From Selaginella moellendorffii (lineage: Eukaryota; Plantae; Lycopodiophyta): a DNA stretch of 64,000 bases. Below the pieces are notes generated by a model that saw nothing but the letters and a program-made list of their open reading frames with translations, was not told the DNA's origin and made no database searches. The position numbers and the translations under genes are program-made. Each line of letters opens with the position of its first letter. The stretch's first letter is position 1. Below, one piece after another: positions 25,220-37,318 of the stretch. The DNA lies in contig NW_003314325.1 of the NCBI RefSeq assembly GCF_000143415.4, positions 1,070,296 through 1,134,295 on the forward strand. Direction: 5' to 3'.

Positions 25220-27504
25220 CAGCAGAGTGTTGCCTTTTATCAGGCGGACAACTCTTGTCTTGAAGACTTTTTTCACCTCCTCACCCACCATAATATCCAC
25301 AACTATCTCTTGCATCGCCAAGCTAGAATGCTGCCCAGAGACGGCATAGAACCGGATGTTCTGATCGTCCAACACCTTCCTATTGATCAAGTCTGGAAAC
25401 CTCGTCTCGCCCTTCATTGTTCGGTAGTAGGGGATCACGTCTGCGATGTCGGGTGTTACTGGACTTGCCAGCATCTTCTGCTTCAGTTTCTCCACCCACT
25501 CATCAGATACTAGCCTGTGGTTGTATTTGCTTTGGATGTCGATACGGCTCACGTCGATTGTATATACTTTGTTGGAATAGTAACAAGTACTATTATCTGC
25601 GACAATTTTTGCTGCCTCTTCTTGCTCTTTCTGCTCTTTGTGAGTCTTCTTTTTGGTGGGTGTAGTGTTCGAACCCGAGGCAATGGCATCACCGAGTAGC
25701 TTCTTTTTTGGAGCAGGAGATCGGACGTCGGCTTGAGCTTGACCACCCTTTTCTGCTTCGGGGTAGTTTCCAGATCGACCCCCTTCCCCTTCGCTTCGCG
25801 AACTGGAGTCACTCTCAACGGCTCAATGTTGGACTATAGTTTTTGAACATCGCCGTAGGTGAGGTCCGTGGATTCCATGTGATCTTCATAGACCCGCAGC
25901 GTCTTTGAAATTGTGGACCTCCTGGACAACCTCTCCCTAGCTCCCTCTAGGAATTCCTCATAGCCGTTGCCCCCCTCCGTGAAGCCGCTAGGATGTGCAA
26001 GGTGGATCTTGAAGGCGGACGTTGTCTCTACCACAAGTGCCAGTCCATATTCTTGCATGGAACTGCATGGAGTGTCTGTCACTTGGATGAGGATCCCCAT
26101 GCATTCTTTTCTCCCACCATCTGTGTTGTACAGCCTCAGATCCTCGACTTCCATCCCGAAAGTCCAACTGGTGAGCTCCTCCCCCTTCTCTACATCCACA
26201 TTGACAGTGGCTGGAAGAAGAATGCAATTCCTCACCTGTTTAGAAATGCACAACAATTAGAGCTGACAGATGAAAAGCTAGCAGCTGGAAATAACGTGAG
26301 GCCACACGCTATTCACCACTGCATCAGATGTCTTGAGGCTGCATCCTAAGATGGCGTGAGGCTACACGCCATCTGTAACCGGACTGCACTTGAGAGCCCA
26401 ATCGGTGCATGCCAATGTTGCTACTAAATGGCATGTGGCCTCATGCCATTTTCTACTTGGCCTAAAAGACTTACCATTTGAAGCCGAATGGAGGCATGAC
26501 AATCGAGGCCGAACTCGCTGGCGAATGTGCACTGTGTGTGCAGCGGATCGTAGCAGCAAGGCTACTCTGCCACTTACAGTTGGAGAGTGGCACTGAAATC
26601 TCCCGGGACGCCAAGTGGGCTGCGTGTGGGTGGCGAAGTGGGCGGCGGGGTTGGCGGCGAAGTTACAAACTGGGTGTGTCTTGAAGTGGACGCCGATGCA
26701 CACGAGCGCGATGCGAGTGCGAGTGTGATGCAAGCGCGAGTGGACGCCGATGCACACGAGAAACCTGTAGAGAAGGTAGATGAGCGCGAATGTGAGTATG
26801 ATCGCGAGTGGGAGCGTGATGCGAGCGCGAGTACGAAGCAAAATGCAAAACCTAACCCCACACGTGCGAAATGTCACGACGGTTGGTAATCCCGCCACAT
26901 CATCATTCCTCGGACTTGGGCGCCACCATTAATTTCTGGATCGCCGCACGCATGCATGCACATGAAATCCAAAAGAAATCCGCAACGTCATCATTCCTCG
27001 GACTGCATGCACGCGAAATCCAAAAGAAAGATCATGATTGGGATATCATTTAATACCCTCGCTATATTTATGCATGATTGGATATTCCAAAGCATCTTGT
27101 ATTTCCAAAAATGCCAGATGTTCAGCTAAATAAAGAATGGTATACAATGTCCTTCTTGATGACCCTGCAAAGAAGCATCTCGATCGGACACCACATGAGA
27201 CCACACAAGCCTTACAATGTTTTAGGGGCATTTGCCATAGATCTGACCGTTATTTTGCTCCAAGATTCTACAGTTTGGTGTGGATTGACCTTTCCATCGA
27301 CACTGCAAAGGGACATCACAATCAGATGCGGGATCACAAGAAACCAACTTCATTAACTCTGGTTTCACCAAGATCTACGTAAGGAGTTATGAAATGAAAG
27401 GACCCTCTCTATTGAAATGTGTTTATGGTCCTAGGGGCATTGTGACATATCAAAGGATTTTGCATCAAGTTCTGTATTTGCATGTTTATCAAGCTACTGA
27501 ATTG

Positions 27505-27530
27505 CTAAACCCTAAACCCTAAACCTTAAA
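27505..27530 (+). repeat. Short plant telomere-type repeat (TAAACCC x~3), telo-box-like
   Basis: ctaaaccctaaaccctaaaccttaaa lies between the two divergent transposon genes. Confidence 0.7.
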
Positions 27531-28795
27531 CATGTGGCAAATGTTGCGTGAAGAAAGATGCCCTTTCTGGGCAAATGCTGTAAGAGGCAGATGCCGAGCA
27601 AATGTATCTCAGGCTAGCGAAGGGGACAAACGAAATCTAGCTATAAACATGACGGGATGCAAATAGATTACTAGGCTAGTCCTACGAAAATCAAAAACCA
27701 TAATTGAAAACATTGAAAATGCAAAAAGAAAGGTTTATAATATTTTTGAATTTTAAGCAACCAAAGGAATGTAAGTAGGGCATGTGTTTGTAAGTTTAAA
27801 AATGCCTCAACAACTTAAATTCCCAAGTAAATAAAGCTGTTTCTATTTTTGGTACAAGTAAACTTTATAGCGTGTGGGCTCATGCAATTTTGAACCCAAA
27901 AATGCACCAAAAAATGCTCGACTAGCATTATTCTTTGAATGGCATGTGGCCTTATATTGCCATAAATGGACGTACACACACAGCATAATTATTCCTTTAC
28001 ACAGCGAATAATCTTGGCGCGGATCGTTGACACGGCATGGCAAAGTTCGAATCACTGACATGGCACAGCTGGATCGAGGCAAGGACATGATGTGACAAAG
28101 TTCAACCTCCGACAGCAAAATCTAGAAGCTACTCAGTTTGAAATTTGTCAGAGGAATCATAAGATTTGGTTTGTCAGAGGATTTGATGTGACGTTCAAGC
28201 GTGTGTTATTTTTGAATTCTCGAACTCATTCCTAGGTCTATCATTTTTGTGCGCCGTGTTCTTGGTTCCGCTGAGCGCAGTGAGCGCTGCTTGTGTAAGC
28301 GGCGTTGTGAGCTGTGGTTTATGCGTCTATAAGCGGTTGCGGCATTGCAAGCACCATTGCGAGCGGCAGTTTATGCGAGTGGCAGTTTGTGCGAGCGGCG
28401 CTACGAGCAGTTGCGGTGTTGCGAGCGGCATTGTCTTTCGTGTGGCTACCGCTTCCTCTTGATATTCGGCACTTGTGCTTCCTGGTATGTTCACCATGGA
28501 ATGGCTTAGGACCACATTTAGAAATGGCATGAGGCCACATGCCATCTTAGGCCCTTGCAATTTCATGGCTAGCGTATTGTCATGTATGTTTTTACTTGCC
28601 TGCAGCTGTGTGTATATCAAGATGGCATGAGGGCTCATGCCAATTTTGTGAATGCGAAATTTCACGTGGGTGTCAATAGCATGTTTGAATAATGGCATGT
28701 GGCCTCATGCTATTGAGGTTGTTTGGTATGTTATGATTTAGGCCATTCTCCAATCATTTTTTGTATGGTCTTAACTTCTTTTCTGCACTTTCAGA

Positions 28796-31700
28796 ATGGC
28801 CTTCAGGGTTGGGGAAAAGGTTTACATTTTGAATGGTGGGAAGAGAATTGCAAAAGGGACCCTTGTGTCTATGGATCGGAACTTTGTTATACACTGTCAA
28901 AGGCTTGGGGAAGGCAATGTTGCTGTATCAGTAGAGACTATCTTTGATGGGAATGTGGTCGCTATTGAACGAGGAGAGATGGTCGTCGGGGTAAATGTTA
29001 TTGTTGCCTTGAAAAATCTTCAGAAGAAAGCAGATGTTGGGGACAGCGCAAGTGCAACGCATGTTCCCTCCGTGGATCTTAAGAACCGTGCTACATGGAT
29101 TCAGGCAAAGGTGTTTCTAAACAACCCCGAGGGGGAGGTGGTAGCTGAGGGCTTAGCCACAGTTGTCGATCCAAGAGATGCGGTTGCTAATCAAGAATTG
29201 GGCTGGGATGATATTGGAGTTGCGATTTTAGAGGTTGTTGACACAGAAGAAAACAGTCTGACTATTGGAAGCATTGTGCGGTGGAAATTGAGGCACTTAG
29301 TGTTTGAGAATGTGAAGGATTCACAATCAAACACCACTACAACTGATGACAGAACATCTCTTCATGGGAAAAGAAAGTACACCTTCCTAAAGCACAGCCA
29401 AAGGGATCTGAGCAACGAACCGAAAAGGCAAAAAATGGCGATGGAGGTTCGAATGGTCTCGACAGTTGCTTGTTGCAAGAGGAGGTGCTGTCAACATGCT
29501 GATTGGGATGCTATTGAAGAGGAGAGAGCAAGATACAAGACATTGTCCTGGAAGGCAGCTTGCAATTTTGTGTATGAGGCATTACGGTCATCTGTTGATG
29601 CTTCAGAACATCAGGTGGGGGGCATGGTCTTCCAGAGGGGTTTGGTCTGCATGAAGGCATGGAGAATCATTTATGGAGTCCCTCGAACCACATTCTACAG
29701 AATCAAAACTGAGTTCGAGGAACAAAGGGTTCAACAGGCAGTCCATGGGAACGACGGTACGCACAAAACCAGGGGTCATGTTGTATATGGAGAGGCAATC
29801 TTCAAGAGGTTTGTCAAGACATGTAGCGAGCAACAACCACATAAAACCCGCCTCTTGGAAGATGGAACACGAGACACCCAACGAGTTCTCCCTTCCATGT
29901 ATACCAAGGGGGCCATATTGGAAGATGTGAATCGGGAACTCCAGAGTAATGGCTACAGAAAGCTGAGCCAATCTAGATTTAGTAGATTGTGGAGCAACAG
30001 GTTCAGGGATGTGAGTATAGGAAAGTACTCTAGCTTTTCAAAAGTGTGACGAGTGCACTGCTATCAAAATGGCTTTGTCGAAGAATTCTTGCAGCGCTCA
30101 AGAGCGAGAGACGTTGGTTAGAAGGCGGCTCGACCACAACAACGAGCAGAGAAGCTACAGGACTGCATATTATCATAACAGGATTCTCTCCATAGAGAAA
30201 CCTGACTCTTACCTCTGCATCATCCACGACAAAATAGACTAGAAAAAGACGTGCTTACCTCGACTCAATCCTGCCCCCAAGGCAATCTCTTCATCCATGC
30301 AGCTGCCTGTGTCTCTGTTTGGCATAATCGCTCATGGGCATAGTGCCCAGAACTATGGGAACTTCTTTGTACCTCTATGGGGTGGCGGGGGTGCAAACAT
30401 GATGATTGCGTCCCTAGCAAAACACTTAAGGTCTCTGCAAAGTGCGCAGACTGAGCTGAACGGCCAACCCTTGCATAAGGCCCTTGTCGATCAAACCCCA
30501 TACAGGGTTCAGCTGGAGGAGGAGCAAAGGCTTGCAGTATTGCGTGGGGCCCCATGCCATCCCAGTGAATATGTTGGCCGTCAGATTGTAGGGTTATCAC
30601 GTGAGGCCTCATGCCATTCCGATGAGGCTAGTCGCCCGGTGAATGCACAGCCTCATCCAAACGAAGCAGAATCTCAAGGAAGTTTTTGCGGCCGATGTGG
30701 CCTTCCACCCCATCTTCTGCTCCAAACAGACAATGCTGGCAGTGAGAACAAAAACATGTACGTCTTCACGTACTTGGCGATGCTTGTTGCCAAAGGCATA
30801 TTTGAAACGGTTACACTTGGCTTTCTCATGGTTGGGCACACTCATGAAGACGTCGATGCCATGTTTAGTCACCTGGCAGAGTCCCTCCGGTGATCCAATG
30901 TCCTCACCCTCCCACAACTCTACGATGAATTCCAAAATTGCATCAAAGGCACTGTTGAAGCTGCACTTGTGACAGAGGTTCCAGACTTTAAGGGGTTTGT
31001 AAGAGGCTACATCAGGGACGGATCCGAAACGCTGATTGGCCATTCCAAGCCTCTTCAGTTTCATTTTAGCATGCGTGACGGTGCTCCAGTGATGAGGTAC
31101 AAGATGAGAGAATGGGACACAGTGTGGCTGCCAGTGGATGGCATTGAACTCTTCAAGAGAGATCCCATAACTGGGGAACCTATGATTCCTCAGGGTTCCC
31201 CATGGCCGATGCACCCGGATGGACTCAAAGACCAGGAAAGTATAGTGGCCGGGATTAGACAGCATATTGCCTTCTGGAAGAGGGGGTTGGTGTTTGGTGG
31301 AGAATCCTATTTTAAGAGGTGCAAGCCTTTGCTTGAATACTGGGAGAAGATTATATCTGCTATCCAAAATGGGCCTGTTGTATATGAAGAATTGGAAGAG
31401 TCCTTTTGGCCAGAACCCAGAGCACCAGATAGTAGCGGAACAATGTCCTCTGGAAATGAGTGACAGATAATGATGTTGAGGATCACTATTGTGGGCCGAG
31501 GAACAAGAAGCCGGATTCAGCATTCAATCCAGTACAGGTCTGCAAAGGAATGGTCGTGCTTGTCAAACCCAGTAATAAAAAAAAAATGATATGGGTGGGG
31601 CGCTGCATCACTGATGCAGAGGAGGACGCGGAAACTAACTCCTTCAATGTAACTGTGGAGTGGTTCAAGCCAAGTTCCGGATATACGAAGGATTGTCTAG

Positions 31701-31906
31701 AAAAGAGATGGGTGCTGAATTCAAGGGATCCCAGCATAAACATATCGGTGGATAATATTGTGCATGGTTGGATGCGGAAGCAGAGTGCCACCATCACCTT
31801 GCCAGACCATGCAAGAGATGTAACAAGAGCATTCATAACCCAGGTTCAAGGTGAGATTCATGAATATTCCTTTACTAAGTTTCTAATGTATTTTATTTCA
31901 AGGTGA
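28796..31906 (+). pseudogene. Sola/DUF7869-like DDE transposase, disrupted
   Basis: Motifs CCKRRCC, VCMKAWRIIYGV, HGNDG, SRFSRLW, FSK/CDEC (frameshift ~30043), LQTDNAGSENKN, FLMVGHTHEDVDAMFS and VPDFKGFV. Stops at ~30240 and 30891; second frameshift ~31460. Confidence 0.8.
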
Positions 31907-33389
31907 ACAATCCAAATCTGAATCAGAGGAGGCGTGATGGCATGTGGCCTTACACCATTCCTAGGTGAGATGATACAAATAACAAGTATAAATTCTTAGT
32001 TGTTCTAGCAAATCTTACTTAAAGTTCAAGGTGAACAAGCCGAATATGAATTCATCGGATTGTTATAACAAATTGCGAGGTGATGGCATGAGGCGATACG
32101 CCATTTGAGAGTGGTAGCCATTCCTATATGAGGTGAGTGAAATATTTATTAGAAATACCTCATTCAATTGTGCACTTCTAAGTCTTGGTCCACTCAATAC
32201 TGTTTGCATGTTTCTATTTTAATTCTTTCTCTAAAATGTTATTTAGCATATGGCTTCATGCCATTGCTCTCCACAATCATGCATTGAATTTTTCTATCCT
32301 TGCATAATACTTCTCCATATATATAGCATGTGCTCACATGTGATATGGTTCATTAGGCCTGATATAGTGTGTGAGGTAAAACAAAGATGATGTGACATAT
32401 GCATTTACCAATCACATGTGCATAAATCTAATAATATGGCATGTGGCCCATATTAATGGCACATAAACCCATATTGTGGGCTTACGTGCTTTATGTACCA
32501 TCATTCCCTTGCAGCGTGTGTGTTGGTTTCCTTTTATAACACAACGAACTCCATATTTTAGGGTGAAGAGCGTTCTCATGGCAAGCACAAAATCTGTAAG
32601 TGAGGCAGAAAAGGAGACGGAGAAGGAGATAGGTGAAGATGTAGAATATATAAGTCTTCCAAACTCCCTGTACTATACTCCAGGTGATCATTTTTCTGAA
32701 CAAACGGCAACATTAACAACTATCGAGAACGCCCCAGTAACGTCAGAGACAACAATCCAAAGCAAAACAACTGACCTAGAGAAGGATGATAGTACCGCTG
32801 AGAGTACCAAAAAAGAGGTGTCCACTAGCGCTTAGGCTTATAATGGCGTGTGCCCTCATGCCATTTACTTGATCACCAAATACCTTTTTCCCTTTGCACT
32901 AGTATATCTTAATACCGGTCTGAGAAATAGAATGGCATGTGCCCTCAAGCCTTTTACTAAATCACCTTTGAAAGAAATGCAAGCTTCTATGTCGTAAAAA
33001 AAAGGTACTAGAGAAATTCCTTAATAATATGAATGTTATTTAGTTTCATGAAAATACACTAAGGGTCAAATGAGTTAAATGACTTCTCCAGACTAGCAAT
33101 GCCTCTTGCTACACCTTCACAATTAGATTCGTTAGAAAAAAATAACATTGAATAATATCTAAATGTTCTCACCATTAAGTTATATGTCTGGCTAATAGGA
33201 ATGACGTTCATCTTGGAAAGCTCACCACACGCTCAATGAAAAAACAAATAGTGTGTGCGCGCATGCCATCGCTCTTCTTTAGCTTCAGATTCGGCTTGTT
33301 CACCTTGACAATGAGATTTATTATACAACCAGATAGACTCAGTCTGGACACAAAGTCACCGCGTCAAATTTACACTAAAAAACACTCAA

Positions 33390-35050
33390 TTTTCTCTGAG
33401 TATGGCTAAGTACAATTTTTTCGAAGCTTGTCACTTCACTGGTGTTGCTGTAGGCAAGGCACTCTCAATGTAAAATGGTAGATCTACACCTGCAACATCA
33501 ACCATTGCACACTCCATTGTTAAATCCAAATAAAATAAATATTGCTCGTCTAAGTTGAGTCCCTCTTGATGCATAAAAAATGCCTAGTTTTGAATAATGT
33601 TGAGAGCCTGTAAGGTAGCCAAGCATAACAAAATAGATTAAAAGAAATTGTTCTATTCTTGCTCTAAATATTACCTCTAACAGAGTTGCACCTTCGACAT
33701 TAGAGAGAAATAGTCCAGGTATATCTTCAATATTTTTTCACCAACTGCTAGCATAATCCTACAAAAGCACAATTTATGAAGAATTCTATAATATTACCAA
33801 AATTCTTACCCAAGCTCTCATTCCATCGGTTGAAATAAGTTCGTAGAAACATGAGATGGTCTAAAGTAATCACCACATTGATACAAACAGACCTCATGGA
33901 GGTTCTAGGTTGCAACCCAATGCGAAATATCCTTCTTAAGGTATGGAGAAAAGACATAATATAGACTCTGGTTGTGCCATGAATTAAATACATCAAGAAT
34001 TCCTATGTCTTCCATAGACTCAAAAAGGTGCTTATAAAACCACACCACACGTTCAAAGAGCTCTCTCCACAAATGCTCTATACATTGCAAAATAAATTCA
34101 ATTTAGTCCTTATTTAGAAAAACTTTAACATTGTGAGTACCTAGTGATGTGTTGATGTCCCATGTATAAAGCTCCTAGCTGCAGGACCCCAATAGCGGAC
34201 CATGTCCCTCTCAACCTCATTATGCTCTGAAGCATTGTCGCTCCAAATGTGCTTGGGCTTTCCAAATCAATGAATAGCCTATGCATATGTGTTGAATATT
34301 GCATGGGATTCTTTGGAGGTAACCAACTCACAAGCTACAATATAATGAGTTGCCCCATAAATAATGGCATGTATATAAAAACCATCTTACAAGTTTGCAA
34401 TATGCTACAATAAATATGTTATCACATATGCTCACAAAAAGCAGAAATGAAAGAATACTCACAATCCATATGGCAAAGTGTATAAACCTCCTTGTTCCTA
34501 TAAATCTATTATCAAATCCTTGTTGTATGCCTCTATTCTAGCCTAGTTGGATCGTGAGTGGCTAAGGCCTTATGAATTTAGCATCGGCTAAACTAGTATC
34601 CTCCAGTTCGATAGTTAAATTGAGAATTGATAATCCCCTAGTTTGTGCCACCTCAATTTATAGCATTGTTAGTCCGAACATGATGAAGTACCTCTTCGAG
34701 TTGTACTCTATAGTATACACCTCTCTAATTTGGATCGACAAGCCGCATGTATTTATACAGTGTTGGTTTTAAAATTCTAGGATAGCATGTGAGGTAAGCA
34801 GTAGTCTTAGTCTCGAAGATCTTCAGGTGCATCCAGGTGCCAAATGCAACTGAACTACCGAATCCCCTAGATTGCAAAAAATTATAAAAGGCCTAAAAAT
34901 GTGCAAATCATGAATTTAAAAAGCTGGAAACTAAACAAACCTCTGGGAGAGCATTGTTGTCATTATCCACACTTGAATCACAATCCAAATCACTAAAATT
35001 GGATGGAAGGCCATCTATCTCCTCTTCCTCCATATCTTCCAGTAAACCTG
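33390..35050 (-). pseudogene. Decayed integrase-core (IS3/IS481-related eukaryotic) DDE transposase with introns
   Basis: Remnants read CHMD, IHAII.GATHYIV, FGKPKHIWSDNASEH, SFIHGTSTH, then CIEHLWRELF...FESMEDIGILDVFN. This matches the HID..GIDG..SR..D.G.EN..S.HNQRIERLW pattern. Many stops. Confidence 0.7.
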
Positions 35051-37263
35051 GAAAAAAAAATTTTAACAACACAAATTTGAAGTAAATTGGGGAGGGAATT
35101 ATACTCATAGTAGGAACTTCAAAGTCCATAAAGAGAAATTTAGTAGTAAATCAAAACCACTTCCACCTTCACTTCTACATACATGCTATGCCTGGAAATT
35201 GGCCATCTCCCTACTCTAGTGAGATAAGTGAAAATTAGACTTATCAATTCTGGAATTTGGCGAACAGCCTCCTTAATGACTTTTGCATAACATAGACATC
35301 ACTAGAGTCGAAAAACAAGGTGATGATGGGGATAAACTGCACCAAAGATTTCCGGAGACATCCTTGTCACCAGAGATAGTGGCTCCTGGCCATGCGGCTG
35401 GTAAGAAGCATTAACATAAATGAATATTTCCTTTATTTTCTAATTTCTGAGTGTAAATAGGCCAATGGTAGTGTATGATAGTGATGATGGGGCCCATCTG
35501 CATCTATTGTGGCTTCCTCCCACACCAAAGCTCCTCCAATCTTAGACACATAGACCACTTTGTAATTTAGTGTGCGGAGATTAGTATTGAAGGTGAATTA
35601 GAAACAACTTAATTCATTGCTTAGTGTAATCTGGAAGGACAAGTGAATGAAATCCAATTCATATGCAATCCATTGCTTACCAGAATGCAAGACGGCCTCA
35701 AACATATGCGAGCAAGTTTGTATAGCTGAAGTATGACATTCTCGATGTAAAAATAGGAGAACTTACAATACAATGTTTTAGCAGTGTGAAATAATTCTCT
35801 CAATTGTTGTGCAGCCGCCTAATTAATACGTAGGTCCCTGCACAAAACAATAAGATGGTACTAGATGCTAAAAAAATAAATACACATACCTCTTCTCAAT
35901 GAACTATGCTATTGTGGAATCAACAATTGAAAGAGGCATTGATGCCTTCTTTAGCAAGGAGTTGCTAAATTGTGTTGTCACAAAACACACCCTCATACTA
36001 TGCCTCTGAAAGGCCAAGCTTAGGAGAACACTCTCCTAATTCTGCCAATAGGGCATGACTTGGCTAAAAAGCACATGCCAAAGAAATATTTCACCACCAG
36101 CCCAATGGAACTCAGGGTGTCTAGGAACAACATCTAGCATCTCATTGTCACTTGTGCTTTCCATGCCAAAGCAACCAAGAAGTTTGTGTTTCAGCCATTG
36201 CACCTATGAGAGAACTTTAACGTCCCCCTGTGCCCTTAACTCAAAGGTTGTGGTGGCATCCTATAAAGCAAAAACCTCCTCATGTTGTAGCATGATGACG
36301 TTAACACTATCCTAAGTGGTTAGTTGAACAGTTTCATTAAATGCATTGGTGGCATCAATTCATTGTTGTTGACACTCCAACAATCTACATACAAACGTTA
36401 GTTCAATTTCAAAAAGCACAATTTTTAATTATTTTACTCCACTATAGAAAAGTTGTCAAGCAACTCCATAAGAGTAAGAGGAGTGGAGCTACTTCCCTCT
36501 AGAAAGGGGGGGTGGAAGCACACCATAGTCTTCAATGCCTACATTGCTCATAAAAATATTTGAAACCAATCACTAACAAACCAAATTACCTTCCACATCT
36601 GCTACCAAGAAACATGCCAAATAATAGAGCACTAAATTTTGTGTTACAGACATGTGGACTATTTGTGTTTAGGAAAGGAGCCACATATTGGCATCCCAAG
36701 ATGCCAATACATTCTAGGATGTTGCAACAAAAAGAGTGGGACATGGTAAGTTAAGCTTAAAGCATAAGTTTTATATGCTTTTCATTTCTATATGCACAAG
36801 CTATCTTTGTGGGCTGGTTGCTATTCCAAGCATTCGAATGTAATGCACAGGTATCTCACATGTGTATAATTGCAATATTGGCAATTGCAGCCAAAGAGGT
36901 TCCAAATGAGAATGATTGATGACTTGCCTGAGGAGGACTATATGAGATGGACCTCAAGGAATGCATGCCATATATCTAGAATGCACTCAACCAATTGCAA
37001 GGTGCATTAAGCTTAAAGGAGGAGGGCGATCAACGCAAGTCTATGGATTCCATCCTAGAGAACTCAGCAATTACTAAGTAGGGTGCTAAGGCAAGAAAGT
37101 GTCTCCTAAACCCTATGACCTATGTCATAGGGTCAAATTTGGCATCTATGTATAGCACAATGTTCATATTATAGCAACTCATCGGGCCAACATCCATGGG
37201 GCATCCATGAGGCATCCAAATGACATTTAATGCCAAACTAATAGAAAACTATCACATGGACAC

Positions 37264-37318
37264 GTGAGTGAAATCCACTGCAGTAACATCCACCTTTTTA
37301 CAAATTGCACACTATACA
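37264..37318 (-). repeat. Right terminal inverted repeat
   Basis: Reverse complement reads tgtatagtgtgcaatttgtaaaaaggtggatgttactgcagtggatttcactcac. Confidence 0.85.

Larger units (their letters stand above)
19220..26256 (-). pseudogene. Transposon-borne multidomain gene: ParB-like N domain, degenerate beta-class DNA MTase-like fold, acidic/repeat linker, FCP1/SCP-like HAD domain
   Basis: One reading frame is recovered after splicing GT-AG introns, removing the solo LTR and flipping 24049-25219. A few in-frame stops and one frameshift (~25750) remain. Motifs: FYAVSGQHSSLAM, SHAQNVKQE, IFCVMDFT, GKCVVEYNCSGLFFRAALLKGVPCVVV, CIVFDLNGVL. The 5' end is uncertain. Confidence 0.7.
18872..33269. repeat. 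Dispersed 22-bp palindrome family ATGGCRTG-WGGCCW-CAYGCCAT (~25 copies)
   Basis: Copies start at 19164, 20241, 20316 (split), 23190, 23381, 23522, 24232, 26291, 26351, 26428, 27867, 27939, 28524, 28622, 28692, 30539, 30596, 31937, 32083, 32243, 32843, 32932 and 33248, with weaker ones at 18872, 32323 and 32436. Confidence 0.92.
7854..37318. mobile_element. Giant composite TIR DNA transposon insertion (29.5 kb including nested elements)
   Basis: 55-bp TIRs with 47/55 matches, flanked by ATC on both sides (7851-53, 37319-21). The duplicated copy shows the empty site tttccATCcatgc at ~45521-45533. Confidence 0.85.

Noticed and set aside
18872-33269. Palindrome set read as a CRISPR array or as MITEs
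   Set aside because: Spacing is irregular (60 bp to kilobases), there are no cas genes, and individual copies have no TSDs.
35100-36600. Possible second accessory gene of the outer transposon
   Set aside because: Coding-like on the minus strand but too many stops to assign any family.
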